Of a DNA stretch of 29,668 bases, positions 28,293-29,668 are shown in pieces. Each line of letters begins with the position of its first letter. Within the stretch, counting starts at the first letter, position 1. The stretch covers positions 1-29,668 of the forward strand of contig JAYNPV010000001.1 in the NCBI GenBank assembly GCA_038113925.1, read 5' to 3'. The notes under the pieces are model-generated. The model saw nothing but the letters and a program-made list of their open reading frames with translations, was not told the DNA's origin and did no database searches. The DNA comes from Gammaproteobacteria bacterium (GTDB lineage: Bacteria; Pseudomonadota; Gammaproteobacteria; Immundisolibacterales; Immundisolibacteraceae). Made by a program: the position numbers and the translations under genes.

Positions 28293-29668
28293 ATGACCGA
28301 CACAATATCCACTGGTAGCGCTGGCTATCTCGATATCCTCTACGAGGATTTTCTGAAAGACCCCAACTCAGTGCCCGAGGAGTGGCTCGATTATTTCCAG
28401 GAAATGGGGGCCAGCGCGGCCTCCGGGACCCAGCTTTACCACTCCAAGGTTCGGGCCGATTTTTTAAAGATTGGCCAGACCAAATACCGCGCCGGTGCCG
28501 CCATGGCAGCGCCGGCTGTCACCGGTGGTAGTCAGCATGCGGAGAAAATCTACGCGGTGCGGTCGTTAATCGGGGAGTATCGCAGCCGCGGTCACATGGC
28601 GGCCCAGATGGATCCGCTTTTTCTGCGCGACAAGGATCCGGTTGAAAGTCTCGAACTCGGCTACCACGGCTTGTCCGCCGCGGACCTGGAATCAACCTTT
28701 ATCGCTAATTTTCCTGGTCAGCCGGCGGAGATGAAACTTCGCGAAATCATTGATTATCTGCAACAGACCTACTGTTCGAATTTTGGCTGGGAATACGCCT
28801 ACATCAACGACCGAGAACAGGTTGAGTGGATGCGCGAGCGGATCGAATCCAACCGCGGGCGGCCCCGGTTTAATGCCGAGACCAAACGTGAAATTCTCGA
28901 CGCTGTTGTAGGCGCGGAAGGGCTCGAGCGGTATTTGCATCGTCGCTATGTCGGCCAGAAACGCTTCTCCCTGGAAGGGGGCGACAGTCTGATTCCGCTG
29001 TTAGACCAGTTGGTTCAACACGCCGGTACGCTGGATGCGAAGGAGATTGTCATCGGCATGGCCCACCGGGGTCGACTCAATGTGCTGGTCAATATTCTCG
29101 GCAAAAAGCCGGGTGAACTGTTTGACGAGTTTGAGGGTAACGTCGAGCTGCCGGCGGATGGTTCCGGTGACGTCAAATATCACCAGGGGTTTTCTTCTGA
29201 CCTGGTGACGCCGGGTGGCGGTGTGCATATCACCCTGGCGTTTAACCCGTCGCATCTGGAAATTATCAATCCGGTGGTGGAGGGATCGGTACGATCGCGT
29301 CAGGAACGCCGCGATGACATGGAGCGCAAGCAGGTATTGCCGGTTCTGGTGCATGGGGATGCGGCATTTTCCGGCCAGGGCGTGGTCATGGAAACCCTGA
29401 ATCTGTGCAATGTGCGCGGTTACTCCACGGGTGGCACTATCCACGTGGTGGTGAATAATCAGATCGGTTTTACCACCAGTAATCCGGTGGATGCCCGCTC
29501 CACCCACTACTGTACCGATATTGCCAAATTGATCCAGGCGCCGATTATCCATGTCAATGGCAATGACCCGGAGGCGGTGGTGCACGCCGCCCATATCGCC
29601 ATGGAATATCGCGCAAAATTTCATAATGACGTGGTCATCGACATGGTCTGTTTTCGTCGCCATGGCCA
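28293..29668 (+). CDS. sucA: 2-oxoglutarate dehydrogenase E1 component, 3' end outside the window
   Basis: Not in the ORF track because it has no stop in the window. Translated by hand: MTDT...YLDILYEDFLKDPNSVPEEW, YRSRGH, KRFSLEG, GMAHRGRLNVL, GDVKYHQG, FNPSHLE, HGDAAFSGQG and NNQIGFTT. Confidence 0.96.
   Translation, partial: MTDTISTGSAGYLDILYEDFLKDPNSVPEEWLDYFQEMGASAASGTQLYHSKVRADFLKIGQTKYRAGAAMAAPAVTGGSQHAEKIYAVRSLIGEYRSRGHMAAQMDPLFLRDKDPVESLELGYHGLSAADLESTFIANFPGQPAEMKLREIIDYLQQTYCSNFGWEYAYINDREQVEWMRERIESNRGRPRFNAETKREILDAVVGAEGLERYLHRRYVGQKRFSLEGGDSLIPLLDQLVQHAGTLDAKEIVIGMAHRGRLNVLVNILGKKPGELFDEFEGNVELPADGSGDVKYHQGFSSDLVTPGGGVHITLAFNPSHLEIINPVVEGSVRSRQERRDDMERKQVLPVLVHGDAAFSGQGVVMETLNLCNVRGYSTGGTIHVVVNNQIGFTTSNPVDARSTHYCTDIAKLIQAPIIHVNGNDPEAVVHAAHIAMEYRAKFHNDVVIDMVCFRRHG

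Overview
GC-rich, apparently gammaproteobacterial chromosomal window. Housekeeping genes are hemN (5'-truncated), a DNA-3-methyladenine glycosylase, acnA, purB, an RluA-family pseudouridine synthase, argH, an algZ/algR-like two-component pair and sucA (3'-truncated). Three accessory elements interrupt them. (1) A divergent group 3b [NiFe]-hydrogenase locus (about 1.6-14.7 kb). On the minus strand lie a CtpF-like P-type ATPase and hypA-F-C-D-E, with a cysteine-free mini-HypA and no hypB. On the plus strand lie a stand-alone cyclic-nucleotide-binding protein, a fused beta-gamma subunit, the delta and alpha subunits and a maturation protease, followed by an orphan Rieske oxygenase alpha subunit. 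(2) A candidate sigma54-dependent sRNA of about 145 nt on the minus strand at about 21677-21821. (3) A 2-kb cassette (22086-24085) in which a class II Fic gene and a stand-alone GIY-YIG nuclease gene sit among four REP-like inverted-repeat doublets, with no transposase gene nearby. The repeats show 15-nt stutters, nesting and in-frame invasion of two protein C-termini. All functional assignments come from visual motif recognition; no database searches were run.
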